A DNA stretch of 63,035 nucleotides, counting the filler, from Sphacelaria rigidula (taxonomy: Eukaryota), in assembly GCA_964200075.2 (NCBI GenBank). It is 6 parts of 6 records of this genome, joined end to end, with 100 filler letters (N's around TTAATTAATTAA, not from the genome) between each part and the next. Parts side by side here need not be neighbours in the genome. Positions count along the whole stretch, not along the records: positions 1 to 10,423 come from CAXNAA020006515.1; positions 10,524 to 20,946 come from CAXNAA020006516.1; 4 more parts are not named here. One strand, given 5' to 3'. The translations under genes were made by a program, and so were the position numbers. A model generated the notes under the pieces. That model did not search any database. It saw only the letters and a program-made list of their open reading frames with translations, and had not been told where the DNA came from. Within the stretch, counting starts at the first letter, position 1. Every line of letters starts with the position of its first letter. This document shows positions 1 through 12,656 of the stretch, piece by piece.

Positions 1-1029
1 CTTGCCCGAGGATTCTCGGTATGCTTGGGGTTGGGGTTAGGGTTAGGCATCGACACAACATGTGGACTCACAGCTTACAGCACGTCGGTCTCTTGTGATC
101 CAGTGGGTTGTGGAACACTGTTGTACTTTTGCGATCTCGGGGCTGGTGTCAGGGTCAAGCTAGGCTCTTCCGCCACCAACGGGCGATTTTCGCACCATCG
201 ATGGTTGGTTCAAGCAACGGACACAGTACTGGTCGTCACGCAAAGAGAGCTAGAGACAGAACAGTGATAGCGGAGAGACTTGAGAACCATTTCCGGGGAG
301 AAGGGAGCGTGGTCGTTGTGCCGTCCGTGAACGGCGAATGAGCGGGAAAAGAGCCGAAGATGTGGGCGCCATGGTTGGAGTTGGCGTGTAGACTCCCTTG
401 CGCGCGATGTGCCGCATCAGGTACAGTTTCGAGAGGGATGGCCTAGCACAGGTACGTTCTCGGCCGATCGGTGGCCCAGATAAGGTACTATTGAAAAAGA
501 ATTCCTAGACCAGGTATACCTGGGCGAAATTTGGCCTACAAAAGGTCAGCGGTTTCTGAAGGCGAGACGTCCGTTTTCGCGTGGCCATAATTCTCGAGTA
601 AGATTTTTTTTTCCCGTTTTTTTTCGAGACCGGGGTGCCAATGCCCCCCGCGAATGATGTGCGTGAAAAATTCGTAGCGAAAACGGTTAAAATGTTGTGT
701 TTGGCTGTTTTCGCGTTTCTGGCCATTTTTCGTACCTTTCTTGGGCAAAAAACGAGAAGGTATACCTTTTCTAGTCCATTGCTCCAATATATTTGATGAA
801 AAACGCGAAGGGATAATGAAGACGGCATAGACCGGTCGGACCTGTGCTAGGCTTTTGTTTTTTGTGCATTTTTTTCCATGCGTTTCATTGCTCTTGTTTT
901 TATGCCTCAAAGTAAAAATTTCATCCGCCGCCTTGAACTTGTTTTGGTGGAACATGCGCAACATATGCGCCTTTTTCGCATCCTTGTTAAACCTTAGACC
1001 GCGATGCGGGTAGTCCATCTGGACCACTC

Positions 1030-1094
1030 ATAAATTTCCTAGTGAAATTGATACCGATTCAGCAGGTGACCTACCCTCGCGGTCGAAGGGTTAA
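1030..1094 (-). mobile_element. Terminus of a piggyBac-like (TTAA-flanked) non-autonomous element
   Basis: Ends ...CGCGGTCGAAGGG-TTAA; the reverse complement matches the left end of the 61554-61651 element over about 55 bp; the other end was not identified. Confidence 0.55.
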
Positions 1095-1505
1095 GGCGAG
1101 AGCCGCGGTCTGATGTGAAATATGACGTTTATTTTTTCATCACTTTCACATCAAGGGGTCTCACAGATTGGAATACGTTACACATCGACCCTGATTCCCG
1201 ATAACATCATTCTTGGCGGACAGGAGTTTGGACACGCCTTGCTGAAAGAAGGGAGGTACACTATCCCGCGTACTGTACCTAATCAGAAGCATGTATTCCA
1301 CCGTTTAGACGGGGATGGATAATGACGATACTTCGAGGCGAACAGTGTTGGCTTGTAAGTAGGCGTGTCGGATATTAAGAAATGTGGTTTTTAAGAGAGT
1401 TTTGGAAATGTCTCGAGCATTTCAAAGTCAGAGTGGAAGGAGAAAAACCGGTAAAGGTACTCGTTCCACTATAAAAAGGTTTTTAGAGTCAACTTTTTAG
1501 CGTGA

Positions 1506-2330
1506 GGCCGGATGTTATGGCAACAGGATCTTTGGCCCACAATTTTTTGAATCCTGGTGAAACAAATTCGCGGCAGATTTGGTTCGGGAACGATCGTATG
1601 GCAGGACACAGATTTTCATACCATACTGTTCTAATTTTCATACCTCCACCAGGGTTTCGAGTTATATTTTTAGCGTGTTTCAACAGCTCACAGTCCCGTA
1701 GGTGTGTGGTGTGTTGTGGTGTGCTGTTGTGATGTAGCTTCACTGCCGCAGAGAGATCATCACCACCTTACTAACACCAGTGCCGGTTCTTTCGAGCACA
1801 TAGAGAAGCGGCCATACTCCCCTCGTTGCTGCTAAAGTTGAATCCTTCGTCGAAGGATCGCAAAATCACCTGCCAGACAGCGACAGTGCGCATCGCATGT
1901 CTCCTCTCTCGACGTCTCTGTAATGCTTTTGCCAGGAGATCGACGCAAGGCGTGTCGTTTTTTGTCTCGTACGCGCGAAGCGGACTCCATGGCGCGTCGG
2001 GTGCGGCGTGTGCTTGCTTCGTGCGTTGTTGGTCGTTGTCGACAACATCACTCACAAAGGCGCAGCCAGCACGCCGGCACATCCAAGAAAAACGCGGCGT
2101 GACCCCACTGTGACGGTCCGCCGGCCAAAACGCGAAAATCCGTGTGCAAAAATCCGTGCTTGCCGACCCCCGCCAGTGTGCCCAAAAATCTGTGGGACTC
2201 GGGCCCCGAATCTCGGCCGCAGATTATTTCACCCCAAACTTTGAATAATCTGTATCCATATGAGTGTGACACGAATCATTTCAAAACATGAAGATCCGCG
2301 GTCAAATATCTGTTGCCATAACATCCGGCC
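1506..2330. mobile_element. MITE, PIF/Harbinger-like (TIR GGCCGGATGTTATGGCAACAG)
   Basis: About 21-bp inverted termini, flanked by TGA and TTA trinucleotides. Confidence 0.75.
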
Positions 2331-2333
2331 TTA

Positions 2334-2820
2334 GACCGGATGTTATGGCAACCAGGTTTTTGGCCCACGGATTGTTCACGTTTGGGACGTTTGAGCCACC
2401 TTTTTGACCCCCAAACAGCGAAAATCGCCAACACACGTAGGTCTCGGACACTCTACATCACCCCGCGGAAAGGAGCCTAGCCTACTTTTCAGATTCGCTT
2501 GTCTCCGAGGTTTCGAGATTGGCCGCTGAACAATAATCCGTGTGGAAAAATCTGTGCTTGCCGACACTCGCCAGTTTGCCTAATAATCTGTGGAGATCGC
2601 CGTAGATTTTATTGCACACGGGTTATTGTTCAGCAGCCGCTCTCGAAACCGTAGAGCCAAGACAATCTGAAAAGTGGGCTAGGCTCCTCTCTGTGGGGTG
2701 ATGCAAAGTGTTCAAGACGTGTGTTGGCGATTTTCCCTGTTTGGGGGTCAAAAAGTGGGTCAAGCATCCCAAAAGTGAACAATCCGTGGGCCGAAAATCT
2801 GTGTGCCATAACATCGGGCC
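2334..2820. mobile_element. Second MITE of the same family, directly abutting the first
   Basis: GACCGGATGTTATGGCAA...TGCCATAACATCGGGCC, separated from the first copy by TTA; the interior is similar to 21047-21281. Confidence 0.75.
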
Positions 2821-3478
2821 TGGGTGTCTTGTTTGGAGCACTCCACTCTGAAGACCGATGTGCCTCTTCAAGCTTCGTAGCGGAATGAGAAGAACTATCC
2901 CCACCTTCACCACCACGACCATAGCCAGGTCACAATCAATATACCCTAACAAGCAAAGTGAGACATCCATCGCAGCTGTTATGCGTATCCCAATGGACCA
3001 GCCAAGAAGCAGTAACGCTTGGCCTCGCAATCAGAGGGCCTCCCTGCCGCCGCCATGGTATCAGCATTCGCTCGGTTGTATTGAGTGAAATTTAAATGCT
3101 CGGCGGAAGCAAGACGTTGCCTTGGGTACATCTCCTCACTCTTGCCAGCCTCAGCTTGAAGAAGACGGTGCGAACGACTCGTAGTCTACAGCGCACAAGC
3201 AGTGCTACACCTGGCTGCATTGCCATCCCCTCAGAGGCCATGACGTCTTGCACCACCGTTTTGGGTGACATGTTTGAAACCCATTGCGATGTGACTTCGT
3301 TTGCAAGTGCTGCCGTACTGTACTGTCTATATGGTGTCGCTGTACTTCACCGTACCGCAATGTACTGCTGTAAAGCTCTGCATTGCGCTGTCTGCACTGC
3401 ACTGTCTGTACAGGCTGGGCCGACCAAGACGCGAATTTGTGGTTTGCAGACCCTGTCTCACCTCAATTTTGCGAGTTA

Positions 3479-3603
3479 GGCCGTGTCTTAGCACACCATC
3501 TACGAAATTAATGACGATGGTTCAAATCACGACCTATCAGATCGATATTTTTGTTCTCCACCGCACAATTTAAATTGAAAACTAGTGTGCTAAGAGACGC
3601 CCC
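3479..3603. mobile_element. Short MITE (TIR GGCGTGTCTTAGCACA), Harbinger-like
   Basis: Inverted termini; related copies at 30298-30492 and 31111-31312 share the internal ACGACCTATCAG motif. Confidence 0.75.
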
Positions 3604-5608
3604 TAGACTTCGAATTCTGGCATGTAGGGAGAATAGGGCGTGCGAAAACGCTGTCGCTCGGTACAAAAAGTTTTCTTTTGTTTTTCGTGAGTTAATAGCA
3701 ACAATCAGCATCTAGATATCAGCAACATACCGTTAACTCGTGAAAAAAACTGCACGTCGCGTTTTAGTATGCCATATTCTTCCTCTGTACCAAATTTCGA
3801 AGCCTAACTCGCAAGATTGAGGTGAGACGGTGCGATTCAGGAACCGGGCCGGTCGACATTCGGAACAAAATTTCCCAAGCCGTTTACTGATCCAGGTTTG
3901 GTACTTGTGTTTTGAATCTTCTGTGTGGGACCTCGCTAGGGCATAACCAATTAATTCGAGTGAGAAATATTGATATATATATATAGATATATATATAGTT
4001 CACTTGCTTAGGACGCTTTAGTATAGTGAAGACCATGTTTTCACGAAAAGGCCCATACGTCAACAACAACAAAAATGAAGGGCCCATTTTGTTTCCTTTG
4101 GCGTGCGTTTGCAATTTTTCATGATAAGTTTCAAACATCAATTCTTCATATTGAGCTGAAACCTGGGATTAGGTCCAAGAGCAGTGTCCATTTTCCCTCA
4201 AAACTCACCTGAAAAAAATGAAGGAAAAATGAAGGAAAAATGAAAAAATCAAATGAGAAACGGTGTTTTTTTTCATCGTTCACTAGCGGCTCCTCATACG
4301 AAATTTTAAAGGACAAGTATTGAAAACTGAGACGCAATATCCAGATTTGATGCATCAAGTGCCTCTGCTCGAAATATATTGATTTTAGTATGTAACCTTG
4401 TGTGCGCCATATCTCTAAAAATATATCGAATGAGGCAAAAAGTGGGGGTATCGATCGTTTTTCCGTGCTCCAGGGAATGTCCACACCAAAAATCGTCATC
4501 ATCCGCCGTGTACATCGTTCGGGGTATCATATCTACTTGAGTGTAGACGCTGTCTCCGTACGGTACAGGAGTTACTATAATAGACATGACATTCAATCAA
4601 CGAGTGAAAGTATTGGTCCAGACCTTTTTGCACATGGGCACCTTCCCCATGATCAGACGATAAATACGATATGCAGATCGCGGCCTGACTCGTTTGTGTC
4701 GATGAAATATCGCTTTGAGAGCTTGAATCCGCGTCCAGGCCGACCCAGCTCGTACTGCACTGTCCGTACTCTATACTGCACCGCGCTACAGCACTACAGT
4801 GCCCTGTAATGCACCGTAGTCCAGTAAAGTAGTGCAAGTGCAGTGAGGAGTAGCGTACGGTACTGTACGGTGCCACAGGGTATGATGAAACACAGAGTCG
4901 CTACTGTTATAGAAAATGTCAGATCCGTGCTTACCTATGCACTTCGGGCTGGACGCTGGTCGATCGCACATTTGGCGGGGCAACCTGCGGCCAATCACTG
5001 CGGCAAGAGAAATTCACGTCAAGCTACGTCACATCAACTTCTTCTATTAACTTTTCAGCGTCCACTCTGACTCTCTGACGCGAAATGTTTTTTGTTCAAA
5101 ATCTTTAATAACGGTGTTTTTGTTGTTGAAGGTCGCTTTTTTTCTAATGAGATTTCAAGTTATGCACGCCAGTGGCAGCAGCAGCAGCAGTGAGTCTTCG
5201 GGGGCCATAGTTGCACTTGGTCATGGACTACTACTACATGCATTCCGTATTTTTCTCGAACAAGTCTGAGAACATTTTCAAAAAATGACTCCACTTTTCA
5301 GATGATTATCTGAGAAAAGATGGCCCTCTTGGAAAACTATTGTCCCATGGATATTTTTTTTGGGGACAATAATTTCCGCAAGAATCGAGATGATGTTGTC
5401 AACTTTTTTTTTTCTTTTCATTCTCGTAGTGCAAAAAGCAGCCGAACACACACATATATGCTTGCAAGCATTCATACGCACATGCACACGTGCCTCCCTG
5501 CGTATGCTATTGTGTGTGTGTGTGTGTTTTTTCGTTCTTGTTTATCGTCTTGCTCTTTTGCTGCCCTTGTGCAACTCGTCTGTTTCACGACGCCCTGCCC
5601 TTTTCCAG

Positions 5609-5805
5609 ATTGATTCTTGGGTAGACTTTGCGTCCGGCTTCACCGCGCAGCACTTGGAAAGCTTAGATCAGCATCTCAAGGATCGAGCTTTTCTGGCGGG
5701 GTCCGCCTTCACCCTGGCAGACATTGCGGTGTACTTCGCGTGCGCGGCTGTCATGGCCGCCGCGGAAGCTTCCTCCGCTAGGAAAACCCTCAATTTTTCC
5801 AGATG
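5609..5805 (+). CDS. Internal exon encoding a GST C-terminal-like domain (Arc1p/AIMP/aminoacyl-tRNA synthetase type)
   Basis: ttttccag|ATT...TG|gtgag splice sites; the peptide IDSWVDFA...LDQHLKDRAFLAGSAFTLADIAVY...FSRW fits the GST-C motif. Confidence 0.85.
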
Positions 5806-5996
5806 GTGAGCAAAGAGGTTTCTTCGTGCTTACTCCGCAGAGTTCTTGATTTCGTAATATTAACACTCAGTATTTCGATTCCTCCTCTTCCTTGGGACAG
5901 ATGGTCAGCACGCTTCTGGCCGAGCAATTCTTGGTAGGATGTAGATCACCCTTCATTCGACTCGCCGAACACGTCACTGCGCTACGCGCTTCGTGA

Positions 5997-7610
5997 TTCA
6001 GTGTTGTTATTTTTCCATAATATGGAGGCATTGCACTTCCATCGGAGACGTGGTTGTAGGTTTCGTACGTTCCGGTTCAATGAGTCATGTTCCGCAGCTT
6101 CAATTTCTTGCGCTCAGAATAGAGGGCATCGTGGGAAGAGGGGTGGTCACAGTCAGCACGGGCCGCTGGCTTAACGGGCCACCTTATGTGTTGGAGAGAG
6201 CCACATCACGCACGAAGTACGTGACTGCGCAAATAGCAAGTGCTTGCTGCTGAAAATCTGCCTCGCACCAGGAGATACAGGACTACGTTGGTGCAGGTTT
6301 CTCTGGATGCTGGCCCCACCCCGTGCGCACTGGTATTGTACTGCTTGCTGTCTGTGTGTACGACTGCGTACCAAGCGCAGCAGTGACGCCTCGGGCGGTC
6401 CTGCCTGCTCGATGGACAGCGGCAGGGTGCAGGCTGACATGGCACACCACAGCACCTCACATCCTGAGCTCACCCCTGTGCTGTATTGACTCCTCGCTGT
6501 CTGATGCAGTTCGACATGGCAGAAACGCCTACAACTAGTGGTGCGGCATCTGTGTACGTGGGATATCATCCCTTGCTACATCATATATTGTACAGCATTG
6601 TATTGCAATGGTGTGCTGTGTTGGGTTAGGTTGGCTTTCCGCCGAGCACGTGCACTCGTCCGTCCTCACCTTCGTTTGAACAACTAGTGGGTGACACAGC
6701 AGGGATGTGCTCGACAGACTGTGTTCTGGACGGTATGGAGCTTTTACATTTCACACCCCTGGACAAAACGTCTCAGTGTCGAAAAGTGCACTACGTAAAG
6801 TATCGACTATCGCGTCTAATGCAGTTGACAATAAATTCCATATTGTACGCAGTACAGTTTTTGAAAATGTAATCTGTTGTCTCGGGTCTGGTATATTCCC
6901 ACGAATATTTTTACGCGGTGACATCGTCAAATACTCCGCAACACATGGGCGAGATGGAGGTTTGGCAATCACAAAAATATTTATGTACAATCTCTATGCT
7001 GCTGTACTCTAAGCTGATACCGCTACAAGAATACCACTACAGTCACCCACCCCTGTGGCCGCCGGACAGCTAGCACGCCCGGTCCAGAAGTTCTGGTCCT
7101 GTCTGCAAGGAAACCTTGTCCCCTTTGCAGGTGCGCGACAAGGGTCCGTGGCAAAACTCTCTGGTCGCGCGAGAGCAGCCTAACCTAGAGCTGTCGAGTG
7201 ACGTGGAGCTGGAACGTGCAACCCCAACCCTCAGATACACGGCGGAGCTTGAACAATGCTTCTTCTTAGCCGTATTTTTCGAGCGTCCATTCATGGATGG
7301 GCAGAGATTTATGGTGAGGCCGGCAGGATCGGTTGCTGCCTGCGTGCCCGACTGATATCGTACCCACTATAATCGTCATCAGACAACGAGTATTGAAACA
7401 AGAGAAAGGAAGACATGCATTCCTGGTATCCACCGTTTGAATGCAGATTGGGCCCTCAGCGCATTGCGCAGCCGCAGCGGTGACACCTGGCTGTAGTACC
7501 GATCTACGCATCCTCCAAATTTCGGCACCATCACAAGCGCGGTGTGGATACCTTGACCCTTAGCCTATCCCAACACCGCCCCCATATTATGGAAAAGAAA
7601 CAACACTGGA
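5997..7610. mobile_element. ~1.6-kb non-autonomous TIR element, copy 1
   Basis: Inverted ends CAGTGTTGTTATTTTTCCATAATATGG / CCATATTATGGAAAAGAAACAACACTG; colinear similarity to 14009-16286. Confidence 0.7.
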
Positions 7611-7617
7611 CTGATTG

Positions 7618-7720
7618 CGAGCGTAATCTGGCGAAAACCCGGCGTGCTCCGTCCCGGTTTTGTAGGGATGCGAGGTCAACGGTCCTACGGCTAAGGCATG
7701 GAACATCATGACTACACCTC
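7618..7720 (-). repeat. ~100-bp dispersed repeat (other copies at 10524-10582 partial, 33837-33942, 55464-55567)
   Basis: Conserved core CGCATCCCTACAAAGCCGGGACGGAGCACGCCGGGTTTTCGCC; copies occur on four of the six contigs. Confidence 0.85.
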
Positions 7721-7824
7721 CTTCCTCGGGACGCTTTCGTCGTGTATCTATGCATGCCCTGCGGAGGCTACCTGAAGTTTTGGTCGTATATCTATGGTTG
7801 TTTCTTTCGAACAAACGAACGAAA

Positions 7825-7990
7825 ACGCTAACCATAAACGCTGACCCTAACCCCGACCCGAGGCGTACGAGACCCTCGGGCAACAGTGGGGGCATAGGTT
7901 TCCCTAGGCAAAGTGTGCGTTAGCAGACCTGAAATCGACGCCGCAGGCGCCGATTTCGACAAGAACACGCTTTGGACGAGCTGGATCCAC
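7825..7990 (+). repeat. Repeat family with CCCTAA-like tract followed by GCATACCGAGAACCCTCG (copies at 1-47 reversed and ~62005-62150)
   Basis: Shared TAGGCAAAGTGTGCGT...AAATCG..GC...GGCGCCGA...CAAGAACA between 7905-7967 and 62082-62143. Confidence 0.65.
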
Positions 7991-9032
7991 TGCTCACCTG
8001 CCTCAAACCATGAATATTCTCAGAACTTTCTCAAGTCTAAAATCAAGTAGTCATGTTGTCACCCATAGATATTCTACCGAGGCTTTGGGTCTACTGGCTC
8101 CGCGGGGGAGATGGGTTGATCCCTCGGGACCACGAACTTGTCCCGAGAAAGCATGGATCAGAATTCGCTCCCGAAGCACGTCCACTTTCCTGTCAAATAT
8201 CCTTTGCGCTACTCACATCGTGACGTTTTCAAAGGGGGAAATCAGATATCCGTACTGTACTTCTGTTGAAAATAAACTACGTGATGTTGTCTGTTGGATT
8301 GCATCTGCTGGAATCATAATCTTCAAGGTCTTCCTAACCGGCTCCGAGATGAACCATTTGAGATCAGCCGAGTGCGGTGGAGGAGTCAGTTCTATTTTAT
8401 ACGTGGTGCATCACTCTGAGGCGATATGAAAGTCCAATCTCGAGGTTCTTGTGAAATATCGGTGTCGGCGACCAGGTGTTGGCCTCTGACGCTTTCTCCA
8501 CATGGCTGTATTGACAGTCACGGAATACATGACACGCACACACATACCACGCGCATTTTTATTTCATGTTGCCTGTGCTCCGTACGTAGTGCAGGACAAG
8601 ACAGATCAGATCAGATCAGATTAGGTATATCTGTGTTGGTGTGTCATCTTAGGAAGTGACCTGAAGCGGCCTTTACTGCGGGTGCGGAATCATGTGGATA
8701 TTACTGGGCATCTGCAGTACCAGCTAGTTTCCACGTTCTTCTCTCCCTTTTTTTGTACTAGATCAGCCTCAGCACTTCCGGCATCGACTCTCGTGGTTTT
8801 TTTGTTGCGCTGCTAGACGTACCCGCGTCCTCACACGTGTCCACAACGGAAAGGAGATGTTGCACTGAAAATAATCATATCTTTTTGGGTTTCCGATGCA
8901 TATTTTCGGTTGTTGACCCTTTCCTTGTCTTGGGACCTTGCGATGTTCCTGGTGGTGCTGTAGTACATGTCTTACATTATGGATATCGTTGTGTGTATCC
9001 ACTCTGATTTGGCAGAGGTTGACTCCCACCGT

Positions 9033-9466
9033 TGTCAGTCGGTTGTGATCGTAGCTCGCAGAGCTTGTAGCCGCATAAGTGCGGCAGTACTTCAGTGTTG
9101 ACGCCGAAGGTTCAATGTCTTACCACGGCGTTCGCGACCAACACAGACAAACATGCCCACAGGACTGCTCGTAGTTAAGGAGAAATGTTCTTGTGCAAGT
9201 TGTGGTTTGAGTAGGTAGGACACCTGGACAGCCCAGAGAGATCTACAAAAGAGTGATGTCGAGCATCATCCAACAATCCATGGATACACTATTATACACT
9301 GATGCCAGTGCGCGCGCTACGTCCTCCGCATACGTTACATCTCAACCGACGTGTATCATACCGACGGCACGTGCTACTGCTATGAGCAATATATCAATGG
9401 TGCTGCTGAATATTGAAAAAAACCCGTGAAGGAGATGCGTAGACGTTTCCACAACACTCCCTCCCG
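9033..9466 (-). mobile_element. Candidate 3' LTR and polypurine tract of the Copia relic
   Basis: On the minus strand GGGAGGGAG is followed immediately by TGTTG at 9456, downstream of the RNase H remnant; the LTR end near 9033 is tentative. Confidence 0.4.
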
Positions 9467-9759
9467 AAGAAAGTAGCACCGATATGTTAACTACGACCTT
9501 GACTAAATTATTTGAATAACGGAAAATTCAGTGATACATTCCGCTAGTTCACCCGTAAATTCACCAGCGCTTTGGAGCTAAAACAACAAATGAACTACTG
9601 TAGTAGTGATGTACTTTAACCTTCGGTGCTACACAGCTCTTCGAATCAGCGATGATGCGAAGCCGAATATTGACCGTGCTAAGGTAGTCGTGAACGAAAT
9701 ATCAGATTTGAATCCACACAAACAATGCACACACGCACACCATTGACGTCGTTGATTTT

Positions 9760-10423
9760 GTCCACCGGAGTTCTTCATCATGTTGAGCATAGCTGAAGAG
9801 GTTGTTTGCTGAAGAGCTTTGTACTGATGTCGGCGAGTTGATCCTCTCGTGGTCTGTAGTCTTCCTTCTTTCACTAGCTCACGAATGCCGAAGAACGGTA
9901 GAGCTGTGTACGTGTTGGTGCGAAAACTATGGGCACGGTTCCCGATGACATGCAGTGTCTCCGGAATGTCGATGTACAGCGGCACCTCTTCGAACTCTTT
10001 TCCGAATCCCAGCTCAGTAAGTGTCTTCGACCAGGAGGCAGATTCCTTCATTGCCAGTGCTAAGGCCACCATAGGGTTTGTACTCCTGACTTGAAGCTTA
10101 CCGATGCCGTGCACATTACTACGATACAACACGATATCGACTTCCCGTTGTCCGGGGTGTTGCCCCAGTTGCAGTCCGAGAGACTAGGGAGCTTGAAATC
10201 GTCTTTCCTGTAGCCTATGGCGGGGTCAGTGGTTCCTGCCAAGTAGCGAAGAAGGTGCACTACCGCGCCCATGTGTACCTTTGAAGGTCTCGACATAGCA
10301 CCAAAAAGTCGACATGTGCTGAATACATGATATCGTGTCGCGTTATATCTGTGCAAGATACACGGCCGAGCCCGATATAGCCTGGTGCTTCTGTGTCCAT
10401 CCCTGAGTAGATTTTCCTCCAGT
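9760..10423 (-). pseudogene. Ty1/Copia pol relic (end of RT plus RNase H), frameshifted
   Basis: AMSRPSKVHMGAVVHLLRYLAGT, SDCNWGNTPDNGKSIS, VSFKSGVQ, ELGFGKEFEEVPLYID, FFGIRELVKEG across two frames. Confidence 0.92.
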
Positions 10424-10523
10424 NNNNNNNNNNNNNNNNNNNNNNNNNNNNNNNNNNNNNNNNNNNNTTAATTAATTAANNNNNNNNNNNNNNNNNNNNN
10501 NNNNNNNNNNNNNNNNNNNNNNN
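10424..10523. other. Artificial contig linker (N-run with TTAATTAATTAA); identical linkers at 20947-21046, 31470-31569, 41992-42091, 52514-52613
   Basis: Five 100-bp N blocks with a central six-frame stop linker; the intervening segments are 10423/10423/10423/10422/10422/10422 bp, as expected for length-sorted contigs. Confidence 0.97.
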
Positions 10524-10768
10524 GGATGCGAGGTCAATGGTCTGATGATTATGGCATGCATGTTCATGAGTACACCCCCCCCCCCCCTCCATAACAAAAT
10601 GATGGAAAATGACGGGTTAGGGCAGTGCTGTATATGCCCACAGAGTCGGTAAATGCGCTGAAGACGTACCTACGCGATCAAGGGGCATGATTCGGACAAA
10701 AAGTTCTTTGGGCATCATCGCTGAAAGTGTGGGGAAATCACTATTTTGGGCTTGAACCTTACTACACC

Positions 10769-11627
10769 GCTGCAAACTCGTTTTATAGAACTCCATGTTT
10801 CTTGCTGTGAACGCCCTTCAGCACAGAGCTAGCACTATATACTTCGCCGGCAGCACAATGCTCTGTACGGCACTGAACTTTACTGTAGTGCATTATACTG
10901 TACTACACTATACTGTACTGTGTTGTGCCGTACTCTACTAGGTTGAACTGAACTGTACTGTACTGCGCTGCGCTCCGCAGCGTTCCGCTGTGGTGTGCTC
11001 TGTCTTGCTCTTATATGTGCTGTTGGTGACGTACACAGCAGTCAAGATGGCCCGTGCACTGGTGCGGATAAAAGTTTTAAACATTTTCAAACTTCAGTCA
11101 CGTCGTTTAAGTTACGGCAAGGATGGATTTCATCACAACCTCTTCCTATGGAAAGATTGATCTCTCTAGAAGGCGAAAACACTCTCCTAGTCGCTGCAAC
11201 CTTGTTTTATAGAATTCCACGTTTCTTGCTGTGAACGCCCTTCAGCACAGAGCTAGCACTAGACTATATACTTCGCCGGCAGGACAGTGCTCTGTACTGC
11301 ACTGAACTTTACCGTTGTGCATTATACTGTACTACACTATACTGTACTGTGTTGTGCCGTACTCTACTATGTTGGACTGTACTGTACTGTACTGCGCTGC
11401 GCTCCGCAGCGCTTCGCAGCGCTGCGCTGCGGTGTGCTCTATCTTGCTCATATATGTGCTGTTGTTGACGTACATGGCAGTCAAGATGGCCGTGCACTGG
11501 TGCGGATAAAAGTTGTAAACTTTTTCAAACTTCAGTCACGTCGTTTAAGTTACGGCATGGGTGGATTTTAACACAACCTCTTCCTATGGAAATATGGATC
11601 TATCTAGATGGTGAAAACACCCTCCTA
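10769..11627. repeat. Tandem duplication of a ~425-bp unit containing a (CTGTA)n-like microsatellite
   Basis: 10769-11192 and 11193-11627 align along their length. Confidence 0.9.
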
Positions 11628-12190
11628 CTCTCTGCCGGTGGCGTCATGCGAGCGCCGTACTACGCCATGACACCGGAGGTGAGGTCCGACGGGGGGGGGG
11701 GTGGTGTTTACCCAGGCTGTACGGATTCTGCAATTACTCCAAGCAGACACCACTATTATCGATGAAACTTGCGACAGGAACTTCTTTTCAGTATATAAAT
11801 ACATCTCGATCGTCTTCGAGCCCACTCCTTCCACTTGGACGATGCTTTCAGGTCCGCAGCTGCATGCACAAGGTGTGCGGAAGCTCGCGGCGAAATTTGG
11901 ACATTTGCCATCATCCACCGTTTCTCGCGGAGGCGTCTATTTCGCTATAAAAAAAAGATTTTTTTCCCCGGCGTAACACTTCAGAAACGAACGATACTTC
12001 ATTGGATGAAGTATGACACATGTTAGATGTTACTGTATGTATATATGTTGCTTCCTACGATATGTTGGTGCCAACTGTACATGGTCTCAGATAACCTTGA
12101 CGCATCAGATCTCCAAAACGATATTACGAGCCTCTTTCAGCGTAATAGAACAGTAGTGAAGCCGGTTCTATCCGTTGACAAGAGAAATAG

Positions 12191-12656
12191 ATGGCCGAGT
12201 GCAAGCTCAGCCTTGCTGCGGGCGAAAATCAATCGACAGATCCTTCAACACCAACGCCCCAGCCGTCGAACAACAACCTCCAGTATAACCCATCGGGCTC
12301 CGCGATGATGTCCCCCAAAGTGCAACGTGCCTCAGCTTCCAAGATGCAACGGGAACGAGTAGCTACGGCTTCAGATGAACGCACCGGAGCGGCAGATGGG
12401 ATGTCCTCAGCGGCGGTGGCAGCCGGTGGAGGGAGCTCAAGCCCAACTGATGAGGGAGACAAGAATCAGCGGGGTGGACTGCAGGAAGATGAAGATGAAC
12501 GAGACGATGGAGGCTGTGAGGGGCAGCATCAAGAAGGCGATGAAAATGATAGCGACGGTGCTGGCGATGAACGTGACGGCGAGCAGGATCAACCCCCAAT
12601 ACGCCGCAGACGGGAGACGTGGACTTGGCCTATGAAGACCGAGCTTCTCAGACAAG
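12191..12656 (+). CDS. Probable 5' exon or relic: acidic low-complexity region followed by the start of a Myb/SANT-like domain
   Basis: The ORF ends RRRRETWTWPMKTELLRQ at a CAAG|gt donor; no downstream exon was recognised. Confidence 0.45.

Noticed and set aside
360..420. First exon of the GST-like gene (MWAPWLELAC...)
   Set aside because: Plausible donor but no recognisable homology, and its phase (1) does not match the 5609 exon (0) without an unseen exon
10468..10479. TTAATTAATTAA palindrome as a biological site
   Set aside because: Synthetic linker inside the N gaps
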